Shown here: positions 21,681 through 32,973 of the stretch, piece after piece
Layout of the letters: every line of letters begins with the position of its first letter
Numbering within the stretch: the stretch's first letter is position 1
Assembly (NCBI GenBank): GCA_937900065.1
Contig: CALCDS010000132.1
Span: forward strand, 1-45,604
Source: an uncultured Clostridiaceae bacterium
GTDB lineage: Bacteria; Bacillota; Clostridia; Clostridiales; Oxobacteraceae
DNA length: 45,604 bases
Reading direction: 5' to 3'
Made by a program: the position numbers and the translations under genes
The notes under the pieces: model-generated
Seen by the model: the letters and a program-made list of their open reading frames with translations, nothing else
Databases searched by the model: none
Told to the model about the DNA's origin: nothing

Positions 21681-22313
21681 ATGAAAAAAGCAATCATTGG
21701 TAGAAAAGTAGGTATGACGCAGATATTTGATGAAGCTGGCAAGGTTATACCTGTATCTGTTGTTTTAGCAGGACCATGTGTTGTCACCCAAAAGAAAACA
21801 GTTGAAAAAGATGGGTATAGTGCAATTCAGGTAGGCTATGAAGACATAAGAGAAAAGCTTGTTAACAAGCCTTTAAAAGGGCATTTTGTTAAGCCCGGGA
21901 TCAGTCCTAAAAGATTTTTAAAAGAGCTGAGGATTAAAGATGCTGATAAATTTAATGTCGGCGATGTATTAAAAGCTGATGTATTTGCTTCAGGGGAAAA
22001 AGTTGACGTAGCCGGAGTATCCAAAGGAAAGGGATACCAAGGCGTGATTAAAAGATGGAATGCCAAGAGAGGGCCTACAACACACGGTTCAAAATATCAC
22101 AGAGCCGTAGGCTCGATGGGAGCATCGTCATTTCCATCAAGAACATTCAAGAACAAACATATGCCTGGTCATATGGGAAATGCAAATGTTACGGTTCAAA
22201 ACCTTGAAGTGGTAAAGGTCGTTCCGGATAAGAACTTGATTTTGATAAGAGGCGGAATTCCGGGACCCAGAAAAGGATTAGTTTTTATAAAGGATTCAGT
22301 AAAGGCTTTATAA
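21681..22313 (+). CDS. rplC: 50S ribosomal protein L3
   Basis: 210 aa starting [16 protein letters not shown]. Confidence 0.97.
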   Translation: MKKAIIGRKVGMTQIFDEAGKVIPVSVVLAGPCVVTQKKTVEKDGYSAIQVGYEDIREKLVNKPLKGHFVKPGISPKRFLKELRIKDADKFNVGDVLKADVFASGEKVDVAGVSKGKGYQGVIKRWNAKRGPTTHGSKYHRAVGSMGASSFPSRTFKNKHMPGHMGNANVTVQNLEVVKVVPDKNLILIRGGIPGPRKGLVFIKDSVKAL

Positions 22314-22338
22314 GTCTTGATGGAAAGGAGGATTTAAT

Positions 22339-22959
22339 ATGCCTAAAGTGGGTTTATACAATATAAATGGTGAGCAGGTTGGAGATTTAGAATTATCCGA
22401 GAACGTGTTTGGCATTGAAGTAAATAAAGAAGCTATGCATCAAGTGGTTAAAATGCAATTAGCGAATAAAAGGCAGGGTACCCAGTCAGCATTGACAAGG
22501 GGTGAGGTTTCCGGAGGCGGTATAAAACCGTGGAGACAAAAGGGAACCGGTAGAGCAAGGCAGGGTTCAATCAGAGCACCACAGTGGATACATGGTGGGG
22601 TTGTGTTTGCACCAAAACCAAGGGATTACAGCTATACATTGCCTAAAAAAATAAAAAGATTGGCTATGAAATCTGCTCTGTCATCAAAAGTTGCTGAAAA
22701 CGAATTGATTGTACTTGATAGTTTGAAGATAGAAGAGCCTAAGACAAAGGTTATAGCAAATATGCTTAAAAGTTTCGGAGCGAAAAAGGCTTTGATTGTG
22801 GTTTTGGAAAAAGATGAGCCTGTATATAGATCAGCAAGAAATATAGAAGGTGCAGCAGTTCTTCCTGTCAACAATTTAAATGTGTACGACATATTAAAAT
22901 ACGAAAAGTTTATAATAACCAGAGATGCCGTTTCCAAGGTTGAGGAGGTGCTGGCGTAA
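22339..22959 (+). CDS. rplD: 50S ribosomal protein L4
   Basis: 206 aa; [21 protein letters not shown] motif. Confidence 0.97.
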   Translation: MPKVGLYNINGEQVGDLELSENVFGIEVNKEAMHQVVKMQLANKRQGTQSALTRGEVSGGGIKPWRQKGTGRARQGSIRAPQWIHGGVVFAPKPRDYSYTLPKKIKRLAMKSALSSKVAENELIVLDSLKIEEPKTKVIANMLKSFGAKKALIVVLEKDEPVYRSARNIEGAAVLPVNNLNVYDILKYEKFIITRDAVSKVEEVLA

Positions 22960-23246
22960 TGGAAAGTGTTTATGATATTCTTAAAAGACCTGTTATAACT
23001 GAAAAAAGCATGGCAGCCATGGGAAACAGAAAGTACACTTTTATGGTTGATATACATGCTAATAAATATGAAATAAAAGAAGCTGTTGAAAAGATATTTG
23101 GAGTTAAAGTACAGAGTATATGCACAATGAAAATGCAGGGTAAAGAAAAAAGAGTAGGCGTGCATATAGGCAGAAGGCCTGAATCCAAAAAGGCTATTGT
23201 GACACTTACTCCTGACAGCAAAACCATAGAATTATTCCAAGCATGA
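22959..23246 (+). CDS. rplW: 50S ribosomal protein L23
   Basis: 95 aa; start overlaps the rplD stop (TAATG); ILKRPVITEKS motif. Confidence 0.95.
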   Translation: MESVYDILKRPVITEKSMAAMGNRKYTFMVDIHANKYEIKEAVEKIFGVKVQSICTMKMQGKEKRVGVHIGRRPESKKAIVTLTPDSKTIELFQA

Positions 23247-23286
23247 TTTGTTGATTAGTTAAGAGCTACAGAAGGAGGGATTTAGA

Positions 23287-24120
23287 ATGGCAATTAAGGC
23301 ATACAAGCCAACTTCACCAGGCAGAAGGGGTATGACGGTATCAACATTTGAAGAAGTAACCAAAAACAAACCTGAGAAGTCACTCACCGTCAGTTTGAAG
23401 AGAAGCGGCGGAAGGAATGTCCAGGGTAAGATTTCAGTTCGCCATATTGGCGGTGGAAATAAGATAAAATATAGGATAATCGATTTCAAAAGAGATAAGG
23501 ATGATATACCTGCAAAGGTGGCATCTATAGAATATGATCCAAACAGGACGGCTTATATTGCATTGCTCAATTATGCTGACGGCGCAAAGAGGTATATAAT
23601 AGCTCCTCTTGGACTAAAAGTAGGGGATACGGTTGTATCAGGCGAGAAGTCGGATATCAAAATCGGCAATGCGCTTCCTTTAAAGGATATCCCGGTCGGC
23701 ACATTTATTCATAACATAGAGTTAAGAGCCGGCATGGGCGGCCAGCTGGTACGTGCGGCAGGCGGAGGTGCGCAGCTGATGGCAAAGGAAGGAAATTATG
23801 CGCAGGTAAGGCTTCCGTCAAACGAGGTCAGAATGATAAGAATGGAATGCAGGGCTACGATCGGCACTGTAGGAAATGCAACGAATGAAATCGTTAACCT
23901 TGGCAAAGCAGGCAGAAAAAGACATATGGGTATAAGGCCAACGGTAAGAGGCTCTGTAATGAACCCGGTTGATCATCCACACGGCGGTGGAGAAGGAAAG
24001 GCACCTATTGGGCATCCAGGACCTATGACTCCATGGGGCAAACCTGCACTTGGATATAAAACAAGGAAGCATAATAAATATTCAAATAGGCTTATCGTAA
24101 AGGGAAGAAATGCAAAATAG
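23287..24120 (+). CDS. rplB: 50S ribosomal protein L2
   Basis: 277 aa; [15 protein letters not shown] start; HPHGGGEGK motif. Confidence 0.97.
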   Translation: MAIKAYKPTSPGRRGMTVSTFEEVTKNKPEKSLTVSLKRSGGRNVQGKISVRHIGGGNKIKYRIIDFKRDKDDIPAKVASIEYDPNRTAYIALLNYADGAKRYIIAPLGLKVGDTVVSGEKSDIKIGNALPLKDIPVGTFIHNIELRAGMGGQLVRAAGGGAQLMAKEGNYAQVRLPSNEVRMIRMECRATIGTVGNATNEIVNLGKAGRKRHMGIRPTVRGSVMNPVDHPHGGGEGKAPIGHPGPMTPWGKPALGYKTRKHNKYSNRLIVKGRNAK

Positions 24121-24156
24121 GATAATCTGTAACCTTTGTGAAGGGAGGCAAGAGAT

Positions 24157-24441
24157 TTGAGTAGATCAATAAAAAAAGGCCCATTTGTTCAGGAATCACT
24201 TCTTAAAAAGATAGTTGAGATGAACAAAAAAGGTGAAAAGAAAGTTATAAAAACCTGGTCAAGGAGTTCAACGATTTTTCCACAAATGGTGGGCCACACA
24301 ATAGCCGTTCATGATGGCAGAAAGCATGTGCCTGTATATATAACCGAAGATATGGTCGGCCATAAATTGGGCGAATTTTCAGTGACGAGAACGTTTAGAG
24401 GGCATGGCAGCCATACCGAAAAATCAACAGAGTTGAAATAG
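24157..24441 (+). CDS. rpsS: 30S ribosomal protein S19
   Basis: 94 aa; TTG start 8 nt after GGGAGG; SRSIKKGPF and [11 protein letters not shown] motifs. Confidence 0.96.
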   Translation: MSRSIKKGPFVQESLLKKIVEMNKKGEKKVIKTWSRSSTIFPQMVGHTIAVHDGRKHVPVYITEDMVGHKLGEFSVTRTFRGHGSHTEKSTELK

Positions 24442-24462
24442 CCATAGAAGGGAGGTTAAAAT

Positions 24463-24798
24463 ATGGAAGCTAGAGCTATAGCTAGATACGTGAGAATATC
24501 TCCAAGAAAGGTGAATATAGTCTTAAGGCTTATAAGGGGCAAAGATGTAAAGGAAGCCCTTGCAATACTCAAGTTTACTCCTAAATCTGCATCTGAAATC
24601 GTAACCAAGATTATTAAATCTGCTGTGGCGAATGCAGAAAATAACCATGAGATGAATGCAGATAATTTATATATAGCTGAATCCTATGCAAACCAGGGGC
24701 CCACTCTAAAGAGATTTCAGCCTCATGCACAGGGCAGGGCATTTAGAATAAAGAAAAGAACAAGTCATATTACAGTAGTTGTGAAAGAAAAAGCGTAA
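24463..24798 (+). CDS. rplV: 50S ribosomal protein L22
   Basis: 111 aa; [17 protein letters not shown] start. Confidence 0.96.
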   Translation: MEARAIARYVRISPRKVNIVLRLIRGKDVKEALAILKFTPKSASEIVTKIIKSAVANAENNHEMNADNLYIAESYANQGPTLKRFQPHAQGRAFRIKKRTSHITVVVKEKA

Positions 24799-24811
24799 AG
24801 GAGGGATTAGA

Positions 24812-25492
24812 TTGGGTCAGAAAGTACATCCGCATGGACTTAGAGTCGGCGTGATAAAAGATTGGAATGCAAAATGGTATGCTAATAATAAAAATTTCGC
24901 AGACTTTTTAATAGAAGATAATAAAATTAGAAAATATGTAAAATCCAAACTTTATACAGCTGGCATTTCAAAGACTGAAATTGAAAGAGCAGCGAACAGG
25001 GTTAAGCTGAATATATTTACCGCTAAACCCGGCATAGTGATTGGAAGAGGCGGAGAAGGCGTTGATAAGCTTAAAAAGGAGCTTGAAAAGTTAACAGGCA
25101 AGAATGTGCTTATCAATATAGTAGAAGTTAAGAATCCGGAAACAGATGCACAATTGGTTTCGGAAAATATTGCAGCTCAACTTGAAAAAAGGATTTCTTT
25201 CAGAAAAGCTATGAAGCAGTCGATTAACAGGGCTATGAGAGCCGGATCGAAAGGTGTTAAAGTAATTTGTGCTGGAAGGCTTGGCGGTGCTGAGATTGCA
25301 AGATCAGAAGGTTACCATGAAGGCACGATTCCGCTGCAGACACTGAGGGCCGATATTGATTATGGCTTTGCTGAAGCAAATACGACTTACGGCAAGATAG
25401 GTGTTAAGGTTTGGATTTACAAAGGAGAAGTTCTTCCAAAGGCAAGAAAAGCTAAAGCAGAGACTGGAGAAAAGGAAGCTGCTAATAAGTAA
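24812..25492 (+). CDS. rpsC: 30S ribosomal protein S3
   Basis: 226 aa; TTG start after AAGGAGGG; [12 protein letters not shown] motif and KH domain. Confidence 0.96.
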   Translation: MGQKVHPHGLRVGVIKDWNAKWYANNKNFADFLIEDNKIRKYVKSKLYTAGISKTEIERAANRVKLNIFTAKPGIVIGRGGEGVDKLKKELEKLTGKNVLINIVEVKNPETDAQLVSENIAAQLEKRISFRKAMKQSINRAMRAGSKGVKVICAGRLGGAEIARSEGYHEGTIPLQTLRADIDYGFAEANTTYGKIGVKVWIYKGEVLPKARKAKAETGEKEAANK

Positions 25493-25510
25493 GAAGGGAG
25501 GATATGCTTT

Positions 25511-25954
25511 ATGTTAATGCCTAAAAGAGTTAAGCACCGCAAGGTTCAGCGTGGAAGGATGACTGGCAAGGCTTTAAGGGGCAATAAGTTGGCTTATGGT
25601 GAATACGGAATGGTTGCTTTAGAACCGGCCTGGATTACTAGTCAGCAAATCGAAGCTGCCAGGGTTGCAATAACAAGATTCCTAAAAAGAGGTGGAAAGG
25701 TCTGGATAAAGATTTTTCCTGATAAGCCAGTTACAGAGAAACCTGCAGAAACCCGTATGGGATCAGGTAAAGGTTCACCTGAGTACTGGGTTGCAGTCGT
25801 TAAGCCGGGCAGGGTTCTTTTTGAAGTTTCAGGGGTTAGTGAAGAAGATGCCAGGGAGGCAATAAGGCTTGCTTCACATAAACTTCCTATAAGGACTAAA
25901 TTTGTAATGAAATCTGATTTTGAAGAAGTGGGTGGTGATAGCAATGAAGGCTAA
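25511..25954 (+). CDS. rplP: 50S ribosomal protein L16
   Basis: 147 aa starting [17 protein letters not shown]. Confidence 0.96.
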   Translation: MLMPKRVKHRKVQRGRMTGKALRGNKLAYGEYGMVALEPAWITSQQIEAARVAITRFLKRGGKVWIKIFPDKPVTEKPAETRMGSGKGSPEYWVAVVKPGRVLFEVSGVSEEDAREAIRLASHKLPIRTKFVMKSDFEEVGGDSNEG

Positions 25955-26156
25955 AGAATTGGAAATAATGCATGGAACTGATGTTCCAACATTAAAAGGG
26001 AAAGTTGATGAGTTGAAACATGAACTTTTCAATTTAAGATTCCAGTTAGCCACAGGTCAGCTTGAAAATCCCATGAGAATCAGAGAAGTTAAAAAATCGA
26101 TAGCCCAGATTAAGACTATCATTAGGGAAAAAGAATTGAAATCTCTGGGGGCATAA
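25944..26156 (+). CDS. rpmC: 50S ribosomal protein L29
   Basis: 70 aa from the ATG at 25944 (ORF-track start 25920 trimmed); overlaps the rplP end by 11 nt; [17 protein letters not shown] motif. Confidence 0.92.
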   Translation: MKAKELEIMHGTDVPTLKGKVDELKHELFNLRFQLATGQLENPMRIREVKKSIAQIKTIIREKELKSLGA

Positions 26157-26174
26157 CGGAAGGAGGTACGTTTT

Positions 26175-26429
26175 GTGGAAAGAGCGTTAAGAAAGACCAT
26201 GGTCGGAAGAGTAGTTTCTGATAAAATGGATAAGACGATTGTTGTGGCTGTAGAAACCAGAGTCCGCCATTCGGTAACTGGTAAAATAGTGAAAAGGACA
26301 ACCAAATTTAAGGCACATGATGAAAATAATGAAGCTAAAATAGGCGATAAAGTCTTGATAATGGAAACAAGGCCTTTAAGCAGGGAAAAAAGATGGAGGC
26401 TTGTTGAAATAGTTGAGAAAGCACAATAA
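26175..26429 (+). CDS. rpsQ: 30S ribosomal protein S17
   Basis: 84 aa; GTG start 8 nt after GGAGG; [14 protein letters not shown] motif. Confidence 0.95.
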   Translation: MERALRKTMVGRVVSDKMDKTIVVAVETRVRHSVTGKIVKRTTKFKAHDENNEAKIGDKVLIMETRPLSREKRWRLVEIVEKAQ

Positions 26430-26457
26430 TTCCTGGAGTTGAAAGGAGGGTACATCA

Positions 26458-26826
26458 ATGATTCAACAGCAGAGCGTTCTAAAAGTCGCAGATAATTCTG
26501 GTGCAAAGGAAATAATGTGTATCAGAGTTTTAGGTGGATCTAAGAGGAAAACCGGAAATATTGGTGATATCATTGTTGCCAGCGTAAAGAGTGCAACACC
26601 CGGCGGTGTTGTTAAAAAAAGCGAAGTTGTAAAAGCTGTAATAGTAAGATCGGTACAAGGTAAGAGACGTCCGGATGGTTCATATATAAGATTTGATGAG
26701 AATGCGGCGGTAATAATAAAAGATGATAAGCAGCCAAGAGGTACCCGTATATTCGGACCTGTTGCTAGGGAGCTTAGGGAAAAAGACTTTACAAAGATAC
26801 TTTCGCTTGCTCCAGAAGTATTATAA
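26458..26826 (+). CDS. rplN: 50S ribosomal protein L14
   Basis: 122 aa starting [18 protein letters not shown]. Confidence 0.97.
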   Translation: MIQQQSVLKVADNSGAKEIMCIRVLGGSKRKTGNIGDIIVASVKSATPGGVVKKSEVVKAVIVRSVQGKRRPDGSYIRFDENAAVIIKDDKQPRGTRIFGPVARELREKDFTKILSLAPEVL

Positions 26827-26845
26827 AGCAGGGGAGGTGGCTAAT

Positions 26846-27181
26846 ATGGCATTGAATAAAGTTCATGTTAAAAAGGGAGACACAGTTGTCGTACTTTCCG
26901 GCAAAGACAGAGGCAAAAAAGGCAAGGTTCTAAAAGTTATGGCGCAGGATGGAAAAGTAATAGTTGAGAATGTAAATATGGTCACAAAGCATGAAAAACC
27001 AAGCAAAAAAGTAAAGCAAGGTGGCATCATACATCAGGAAGCGCCTATTTATTCATCAAAAGTTTCAGTCTATTGCCCAACATGCGGTGCTGGCAGAAGG
27101 TTCAAGACCGAAATATTGGGCGATGGAACAAAAGTCAGGAAATGCGTCAAGTGTGGTGAAATTTTAGGTAATCAGAAATAG
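26846..27181 (+). CDS. rplX: 50S ribosomal protein L24 with a C-terminal CxxC...CxxC zinc-ribbon-like insert
   Basis: 111 aa from the ATG at 26846 (ORF-track start 26723 lies inside rplN); VHVKKGDTVVVLSGKDRGKKGKV KOW motif; CPTCGAG...CVKCGE. Confidence 0.95.
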   Translation: MALNKVHVKKGDTVVVLSGKDRGKKGKVLKVMAQDGKVIVENVNMVTKHEKPSKKVKQGGIIHQEAPIYSSKVSVYCPTCGAGRRFKTEILGDGTKVRKCVKCGEILGNQK

Positions 27182-27201
27182 CATGAAAGGAGGTCACACA
27201 G

Positions 27202-27744
27202 ATGGTTCCAAGGCTGAAGGAGAAATATGATAAAGAAATAGAATTGGCATTAATGCAGAAGTTCGGATATAAAAGTACTATGCAGATTCCCAAGCTTGAA
27301 AAAATTGTAATAAATATGGGCGTCGGCGATGCAAGAGAAAATCCAAAGGCTTTAGACAGCGCAGCAGGTGATCTTGCAACTATCACAGGGCAAAGACCTG
27401 TCATAACAAAAGCTAAAAAATCAATTGCAAATTTTAAGATAAGGCAGGGAATGTCGATTGGCTGCAAGGTTACTTTAAGAGGAAGAAGGATGTATGAGTT
27501 TGTTGATAAACTCTTTAATATAGCTCTTCCAAGAGTAAGAGATTTCAGAGGGGTATCTGATAAATCATTTGATGGAAGAGGCAATTACTCATTAGGAATC
27601 AGAGAGCAGTTGATCTTTCCGGAAATAGAATATGATAAAGTTGATAAAGTAAGAGGTATGGATATAGTGTTTGTAACTAGTGCAAAATCAGACGAAGAGG
27701 CACGTGAGCTCTTGAAATTGCTCGGAATGCCATTTGCTTCATAA
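27202..27744 (+). CDS. rplE: 50S ribosomal protein L5
   Basis: 180 aa; [11 protein letters not shown] start region. Confidence 0.97.
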   Translation: MVPRLKEKYDKEIELALMQKFGYKSTMQIPKLEKIVINMGVGDARENPKALDSAAGDLATITGQRPVITKAKKSIANFKIRQGMSIGCKVTLRGRRMYEFVDKLFNIALPRVRDFRGVSDKSFDGRGNYSLGIREQLIFPEIEYDKVDKVRGMDIVFVTSAKSDEEARELLKLLGMPFAS

Positions 27745-27760
27745 TAAAGGAGGGAAGAAT

Positions 27761-27946
27761 GTGGCAAAAAAATCAATGGTAGTAAAATGGAATAGAAAAC
27801 CAAAGTTCTCAACAAGAGCATATACGAGATGCAGAATCTGCGGAAGACCGCATGCTGTTTTGAGTAAATTTGGCATTTGCCGTATCTGCTTCAGAGAAAT
27901 GGCATATAAAGGTGAAATCCCTGGATGCAAGAAGGCAAGCTGGTAA
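27761..27946 (+). CDS. rpsN: 30S ribosomal protein S14 type Z (zinc-binding)
   Basis: 61 aa from the GTG 7 nt after GGAGG (ORF-track start 27734 trimmed); [32 protein letters not shown]...CRICFRE...KKASW. Confidence 0.94.
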   Translation: MAKKSMVVKWNRKPKFSTRAYTRCRICGRPHAVLSKFGICRICFREMAYKGEIPGCKKASW

Positions 27947-27975
27947 TTCCTATTGAATGAAAGGAGGCAGAAACT

Positions 27976-28374
27976 ATGGTTATGACTGACACAATCGCTG
28001 ATATGCTCACGCGTATAAGGAATGCAAATGTTGTAAGACATGAAACTGTTGACATCCCGGCTTCCAATATTAAAAGGTCTATTGCAAATATAATGCTGGA
28101 AGAAGGGTTTATAAAAAATATTGAGGAATTGACCGACGGCTCAGTTCCTATAATGAGAGTGACCATGAAATACGGTCAGAATAAAGAAAGGGTTATAACC
28201 GGTTTGAAAAGGATAAGCAAGCCAGGACTTAGGGTATATGTGGGAAAAGAAGATATTCCCAAGGTTTTAGGCGGACTTGGCATTGCAGTAATATCCACAT
28301 CTAAAGGGATAATGACTGATAAACAGGCTAGAAAAGAAGGATTAGGTGGAGAAGTTCTTTGCTATATTTGGTAA
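27976..28374 (+). CDS. rpsH: 30S ribosomal protein S8
   Basis: 132 aa starting [17 protein letters not shown]. Confidence 0.97.
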   Translation: MVMTDTIADMLTRIRNANVVRHETVDIPASNIKRSIANIMLEEGFIKNIEELTDGSVPIMRVTMKYGQNKERVITGLKRISKPGLRVYVGKEDIPKVLGGLGIAVISTSKGIMTDKQARKEGLGGEVLCYIW

Positions 28375-28403
28375 CACACTTAGATTGAATAGGAGGTGCA
28401 ATC

Positions 28404-28952
28404 ATGTCAAGAATCGGTAAACTTCCTGTAGTTTATCCTGATAAGGTTAAAGTTGCTGTAGATGATGAAAATGTTGTAACTGTTACCGGACCTAAGGGTA
28501 CTCTAGCTAAGGAAATGAATAAAGACATGAAGATTACTGTTGATGAAAAAGAACGAAAAGTAACAGTCACAAGATCAAGTGATGATAAAGCACATAAAGC
28601 ACTTCATGGACTTACTAGAGCTTTGATCAATAATATGGTAATCGGAGTATCAAAGGGATTTGAGAAAGGTCTTGATCTTGTTGGAGTCGGCTATCGTGCT
28701 CAAGCCCAAGGTAAAAAACTTGTATTGACTGTTGGATATTCTCACCCTGTCGAGATGGGCGAGGTTCCCGGAATAACTTATGAGACACCTGCAGCAAATA
28801 AGATACTGGTAAAAGGTATCGATAAGGAATTGGTAGGCCTTATAGCTGCAAAGATTAGGGAAGTAAGAACACCTGAACCGTATAAAGGCAAAGGAATAAG
28901 ATATGAGAATGAATTCGTGAAGATTAAGGAAGGCAAGACTGGCAAGAAGTAG
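28404..28952 (+). CDS. rplF: 50S ribosomal protein L6
   Basis: 182 aa starting MSRIGKLPV. Confidence 0.97.
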   Translation: MSRIGKLPVVYPDKVKVAVDDENVVTVTGPKGTLAKEMNKDMKITVDEKERKVTVTRSSDDKAHKALHGLTRALINNMVIGVSKGFEKGLDLVGVGYRAQAQGKKLVLTVGYSHPVEMGEVPGITYETPAANKILVKGIDKELVGLIAAKIREVRTPEPYKGKGIRYENEFVKIKEGKTGKK

Positions 28953-28967
28953 AAAGGAGTGAACTGA

Positions 28968-29336
28968 ATGCTTAACAAACCTGTACGGAATGAGATAAGA
29001 AAAAGGCGTCATTATAGAGCTAGATTCAAGATAAATGGTACCAGTGAGCGCCCAAGGCTTAATGTGTTCAGAAGCGAAAAAAACATATATGCACAAGTGA
29101 TAAACGATGAAACCGGAAAGACTTTAGCTGCTGCTTCCAGTCTTGATAAAGAGTTAAAGGATAAGATTTCATGCGGGAGCAATAAAGATGCAGCCAAAGC
29201 GGTAGGCGAGCTGGTTGCAAAAAAAGCCTTGGAAGCTGGAATAAAGAAGGTAGTATTTGATAGAGGCGGTTATATATATCACGGAAGAGTAAAAGAACTT
29301 GCTGAGGCAGCAAGGCAAGCCGGACTTGAATTCTAA
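28968..29336 (+). CDS. rplR: 50S ribosomal protein L18
   Basis: 122 aa; [18 protein letters not shown] motif. Confidence 0.96.
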   Translation: MLNKPVRNEIRKRRHYRARFKINGTSERPRLNVFRSEKNIYAQVINDETGKTLAAASSLDKELKDKISCGSNKDAAKAVGELVAKKALEAGIKKVVFDRGGYIYHGRVKELAEAARQAGLEF

Positions 29337-29349
29337 AGGAGGGAAATTA

Positions 29350-29847
29350 ATGCGAATAGATCCTAGCAATCTGGACCTTAAAGAAAAGGTTGTTTTCATA
29401 AATCGTGTAGCCAAAGTTGTTAAGGGCGGTCGTAATTTCAGATTTGCTGCTCTTATAGTAGTCGGTGACAGCAACGGCCATGTAGGTATTGGTACAGGAA
29501 AATCAACAGAAATTCCGGAAGCAATCAGGAAGGGCGTAGAAGATGCGAAGAAGCATCTTATCAATGTCCCGATTGTTGAAAATACTGTACCGCACGAGAT
29601 ATTAGGCAAGTATGATAGGGGAAGCGTTCTCATAATGCCTGCTAAAGAAGGAACAGGAGTTATAGCTGGCGGTCCTGCGCGTGCTGTACTGGAATTAGCA
29701 GGATTGAAGAATGTCAGAGCAAAATCCCTTGGCTCAAGCAACCCTAAAAATATGGTTGGTGCCACTATAGATGGATTGAGCAAGCTGAAGACCGTGGAAG
29801 ACGTGGCTAAATTAAGGGGCAAAACCATCGAAGAGATATTAGGTTAG
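29350..29847 (+). CDS. rpsE: 30S ribosomal protein S5
   Basis: 165 aa from the ATG at 29350 (ORF-track start 29299 lies inside rplR); [16 protein letters not shown] motif. Confidence 0.96.
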   Translation: MRIDPSNLDLKEKVVFINRVAKVVKGGRNFRFAALIVVGDSNGHVGIGTGKSTEIPEAIRKGVEDAKKHLINVPIVENTVPHEILGKYDRGSVLIMPAKEGTGVIAGGPARAVLELAGLKNVRAKSLGSSNPKNMVGATIDGLSKLKTVEDVAKLRGKTIEEILG

Positions 29848-29859
29848 GAGGGATTGAAC

Positions 29860-30039
29860 TTGGCTAAACTTAGGATTACATTAGTTAAAAGCCTGATAGG
29901 CAGAAAACCTGATCATGTTGCTACAGCTCATGCACTGGGGCTTAGAAAAACAAACAGTGTTGTTGAACATGACGATACAGATCAAATAAAAGGTATGATA
30001 AAAAAGATTGATTACCTTTTAAAGGTAGAGCAAATATAA
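29860..30039 (+). CDS. rpmD: 50S ribosomal protein L30
   Basis: 59 aa. TTG at 29860 is 8 nt after GGAGG, whereas the ORF-track TTG at 29854 is only 2 nt after it. Begins [18 protein letters not shown]. Confidence 0.9.
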   Translation: MAKLRITLVKSLIGRKPDHVATAHALGLRKTNSVVEHDDTDQIKGMIKKIDYLLKVEQI

Positions 30040-30063
30040 TTATTCGGCGAGGAGGTGCAGTAC

Positions 30064-30504
30064 ATGAAATTACATGAACTTAAGCCGGCAGCAGGTACCA
30101 ACAAGAATCCGAAAAGAAAAGGAAGGGGTACCGCTTCAGGACAGGGTAAAACGGGAGGAAGAGGGCAGACCGGCCAGAACTCTCGTTCAGGCGGCGGAAC
30201 AAGACCTGGATTTGAAGGAGGACAGATGCCGCTTCAAAGGAGACTTCCAAAGAGAGGTTTCACAAATATATTCAGCAAGAATTATGCAGAAGTTAATTTA
30301 TCCGACCTTAACAATTTTGCGGAGGGGACAGTTGTCACTCCCGAATTGCTTCTTGAGAAGAAGATCATAAAAAAGAAATTGGACGGCATTAAGATTTTAG
30401 GTAATGGAGAGATTACCACGAACTTGACAGTCAAAGCTCATAAGTTTACTAAATCAGCCGCTCAAAAAATAGAGGCAGCTGGGGGAAGAGCCGAGGTGAT
30501 ATAA
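30064..30504 (+). CDS. rplO: 50S ribosomal protein L15
   Basis: 146 aa from the ATG 8 nt after GGAGG; [11 protein letters not shown] start, Gly/Arg-rich N-terminal region. Confidence 0.96.
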   Translation: MKLHELKPAAGTNKNPKRKGRGTASGQGKTGGRGQTGQNSRSGGGTRPGFEGGQMPLQRRLPKRGFTNIFSKNYAEVNLSDLNNFAEGTVVTPELLLEKKIIKKKLDGIKILGNGEITTNLTVKAHKFTKSAAQKIEAAGGRAEVI

Positions 30505-30505
30505 A

Positions 30506-31777
30506 TTGTTATCAACCTTACGAGATGCATGGAGAATTGCCGACCTAAGGAAAAGAATGATATTTACGATGCTTATGTTAATCGTATCGAGGGGTGGTAC
30601 CTTCGTACCTGTACCATTTATAAATAAGGAGATTGTAGCCCAAATTATATCTCGTGGAGCATTGTTTGGATTCTTTGATATATTGTCAGGTGGCGCATTC
30701 AAAAGCTTTACCATATTTGCATTGGGTGTTGTACCATACATCAATTCCTCAATTATCATGAGCCTTCTTGCAATCGCAATTCCAAAACTGGAACAGATGC
30801 AAAAAGAAGGCGAGGATGGAAGGAAGAAGATCGCACAGTTTACCAGATACGGCACAGTTATATTAGGCAGCATCCAGGCATTTGGCATTGCTTTATACTT
30901 AAGAAATCAGGGAGCCATGACAGACCCATCGGCCTTTAATATGTTTATCGTAATAATAACTCTGGTTGCCGGCACATCCTTCTTAATGTGGCTTGGAGAG
31001 CAAATTACAGATAAGGGTATAGGAAATGGAATATCTTTGTTGATTTTTATCAATATTGTTTCAAGATATCCTAGCATGGGTGTAACGATCGGCGAATTGG
31101 TAAAAGCGGGAACATCTAATTGGGTGGAAGTGATTTTGCTTATTATTTTCATCGTGCTTACAATTGCTGCTGTAGTTACAATGGATATGGCTGAAAGAAG
31201 GATACCTGTACAATATGCTAAAAAAGTTGTAGGCAGGAAAATGTATGGAGGGCAAAGCACTCATATTCCGATAAACGTAAATTCATCAAGCGTTATCGCA
31301 ATAATATTTGCTATGTCAATCATGCAATTCCCTGAAACGATAGCTAACTTTTTCCCAAATGCGGCGTGGACGAAAGTATTCGCGGCTGGCGGATGGTTTA
31401 GCACGAGCAGTTGGTGGTATCTTGCGGTATATTTCCTTTTGGTCATTTTTTTCACATGGTTCTATACAGGAATTACATTCAATACAAAAGAAATGGCTGA
31501 CAACATGAAAAAATACGGCGGTTTTATACCGGGAATCAGACCGGGCAAGCCGACAACTGATTATGTGCAAAGGATACTAAACAGGATAACCTTAATCGGC
31601 GGAATATTTGCAGGCATTATTGCATTGACTCCATATCTCCTCGACAAGTTTACAGGGCTTAAAAATCTTTATTTTGGAGGCACCTCTATACTGATTGTTG
31701 TTGGAGTAGCGCTTGAAACTGCAAAACAGCTTGAAGCTCAGATGACGATGAGACATTACCAGGGTTTCTTGAAATAA
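30506..31777 (+). CDS. secY: preprotein translocase subunit SecY
   Basis: 423 aa, 10 predicted hydrophobic segments, TTG start; ALGVVPYINSSIIMSLL motif. Confidence 0.96.
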   Translation: MLSTLRDAWRIADLRKRMIFTMLMLIVSRGGTFVPVPFINKEIVAQIISRGALFGFFDILSGGAFKSFTIFALGVVPYINSSIIMSLLAIAIPKLEQMQKEGEDGRKKIAQFTRYGTVILGSIQAFGIALYLRNQGAMTDPSAFNMFIVIITLVAGTSFLMWLGEQITDKGIGNGISLLIFINIVSRYPSMGVTIGELVKAGTSNWVEVILLIIFIVLTIAAVVTMDMAERRIPVQYAKKVVGRKMYGGQSTHIPINVNSSSVIAIIFAMSIMQFPETIANFFPNAAWTKVFAAGGWFSTSSWWYLAVYFLLVIFFTWFYTGITFNTKEMADNMKKYGGFIPGIRPGKPTTDYVQRILNRITLIGGIFAGIIALTPYLLDKFTGLKNLYFGGTSILIVVGVALETAKQLEAQMTMRHYQGFLK

Positions 31778-31855
31778 CGGACAGATTTGGAGAACTTAAT
31801 CAATTTAACCCTGGATCAATGACTTAACTCATCAAAAAATGGAGATGATTTTATT

Positions 31856-32509
31856 ATGAAGATTATTTTGCTAGGTCCTCCTGGAGCTGGCAAAGGCACT
31901 CAAGCTAAGCAAATTGCCGATAAGTTTAAGATACCGCATATATCTACCGGGGATATATTCAGAAAGAATATAAAGGAAAAGACAGTTCTTGGAATAAAAG
32001 CAAAAGATTATATTGATAAAGGCAAACTTGTTCCCGATGATTTAACGGTTGCCATAGTTAAAGACAGGATAAATAGAGATGACTGTAAATCGGGATTTTT
32101 GCTTGATGGATTTCCGAGGACCGTAAACCAGGCTGATTCTTTAAATGAAGTATTAAAAAACATGAATTCCAGAATCAATTACGTAATAAACATAGATGTA
32201 CCTAGAAAGTCATTGATTCAAAGATTGACCGGGAGAAGGGTATGCAAGTCTTGTGGTGCTAGTTATCATATAAAGTTTAATTCTCCTAAAAAAGAGGGGA
32301 TATGCGATGTCTGTGGTGGTAATTTGGTGCAGCGAGATGATGATGATTTAAATACGGTTATAAACAGGTTGGAAGTATATGATAAACAGACCGCACCCCT
32401 GATAGATTATTATAAAAAATCTGATCTCCTTTGCACTGTGGATGGAGATAAAGATGTGGATTTGGTTTTCAAAGATATTTGCAATACATTGGAAAAGTGC
32501 GGAAGATGA
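31856..32509 (+). CDS. adk: adenylate kinase (zinc-lid type)
   Basis: 217 aa; [12 protein letters not shown]-loop; lid CKSCGASYH...CDVCGG. Confidence 0.97.
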   Translation: MKIILLGPPGAGKGTQAKQIADKFKIPHISTGDIFRKNIKEKTVLGIKAKDYIDKGKLVPDDLTVAIVKDRINRDDCKSGFLLDGFPRTVNQADSLNEVLKNMNSRINYVINIDVPRKSLIQRLTGRRVCKSCGASYHIKFNSPKKEGICDVCGGNLVQRDDDDLNTVINRLEVYDKQTAPLIDYYKKSDLLCTVDGDKDVDLVFKDICNTLEKCGR

Positions 32510-32950
32510 TTGTTTTAAAACCAGATTATGATATAAAATATATGAGTCAGGCAGGGAAAACCGTTGCAAGGATGCTGGATAATATCTAGAAGGTAATCAA
32601 ACCCGGTAAACTTACAAGCATATTGATGTAATTGCTGAAAAGTATATAATTGAAAATAGTGCAATACCTGCGCTGAAGGCTTATATGGTTTTTCTGCAAT
32701 TTTATGTGTACCTTTAAATAAAAAAGTTGTTCATGGCATGCTAAAAGCAGATTTTTGCAGGAAGGCATAGTTGTTTGAAGGTATTAACAACTTCGGCAGT
32801 ATATAGATTTAAAAAAATTGTATAAGTGGCTATCATGTAGAGACTCTCTGATGATTGGACTGTTGTTACAGCAGATTGCAGTCTATAAGGACATTATGAG
32901 AATACAACTGCCATTACTGGATGATGGTCCTATAAAATACTTGTATCGCT
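32506..32950 (+). pseudogene. map: decayed methionine aminopeptidase (map) pseudogene
   Basis: Map-like fragments in shifting frames. [27 protein letters not shown] runs into a stop, then KVIKPGKLTS. After a frameshift comes IDVIAEKYIIENSAIPALKAYMVFLQFYVYL and a stop, then NKKVVHGMLKADFCRKA and a stop. The metal-binding core is missing. The tail reads VAIM-stop-RLSDDWTVVTADCSL-stop-GHYENTTAITG, then a frameshift and DDGPIKYL. The start overlaps the adk stop (ATGA), as in intact operons. Confidence 0.8.
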
Positions 32951-32973
32951 GCGATTTAAGAGGTGAAAACTGT

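Noticed and set aside
29169-29828. 219-aa minus-strand ORF across rplR/rpsE, and similar antisense ORFs (e.g. 38568-39137 in ecfT, 22632-23165 in rplD/rplW, 26057-26506, 27147-27584, 14591-15055)
   Set aside because: All lie fully within well-supported + strand genes. They have no SD sequences, and their compositions are typical of the reverse frame of AT-rich genes.
30074-30370. 98-aa alternative-frame ORF inside rplO, 66-aa ORF 12312-12512 inside rpoC, and 69-aa ORF 45187-45396 inside the Pro-rich gene
   Set aside because: These are same-strand overlapping frames of supported genes. Their Arg/Gln-rich translations are by-products of GGN/CCG-rich codons. None has an independent RBS.
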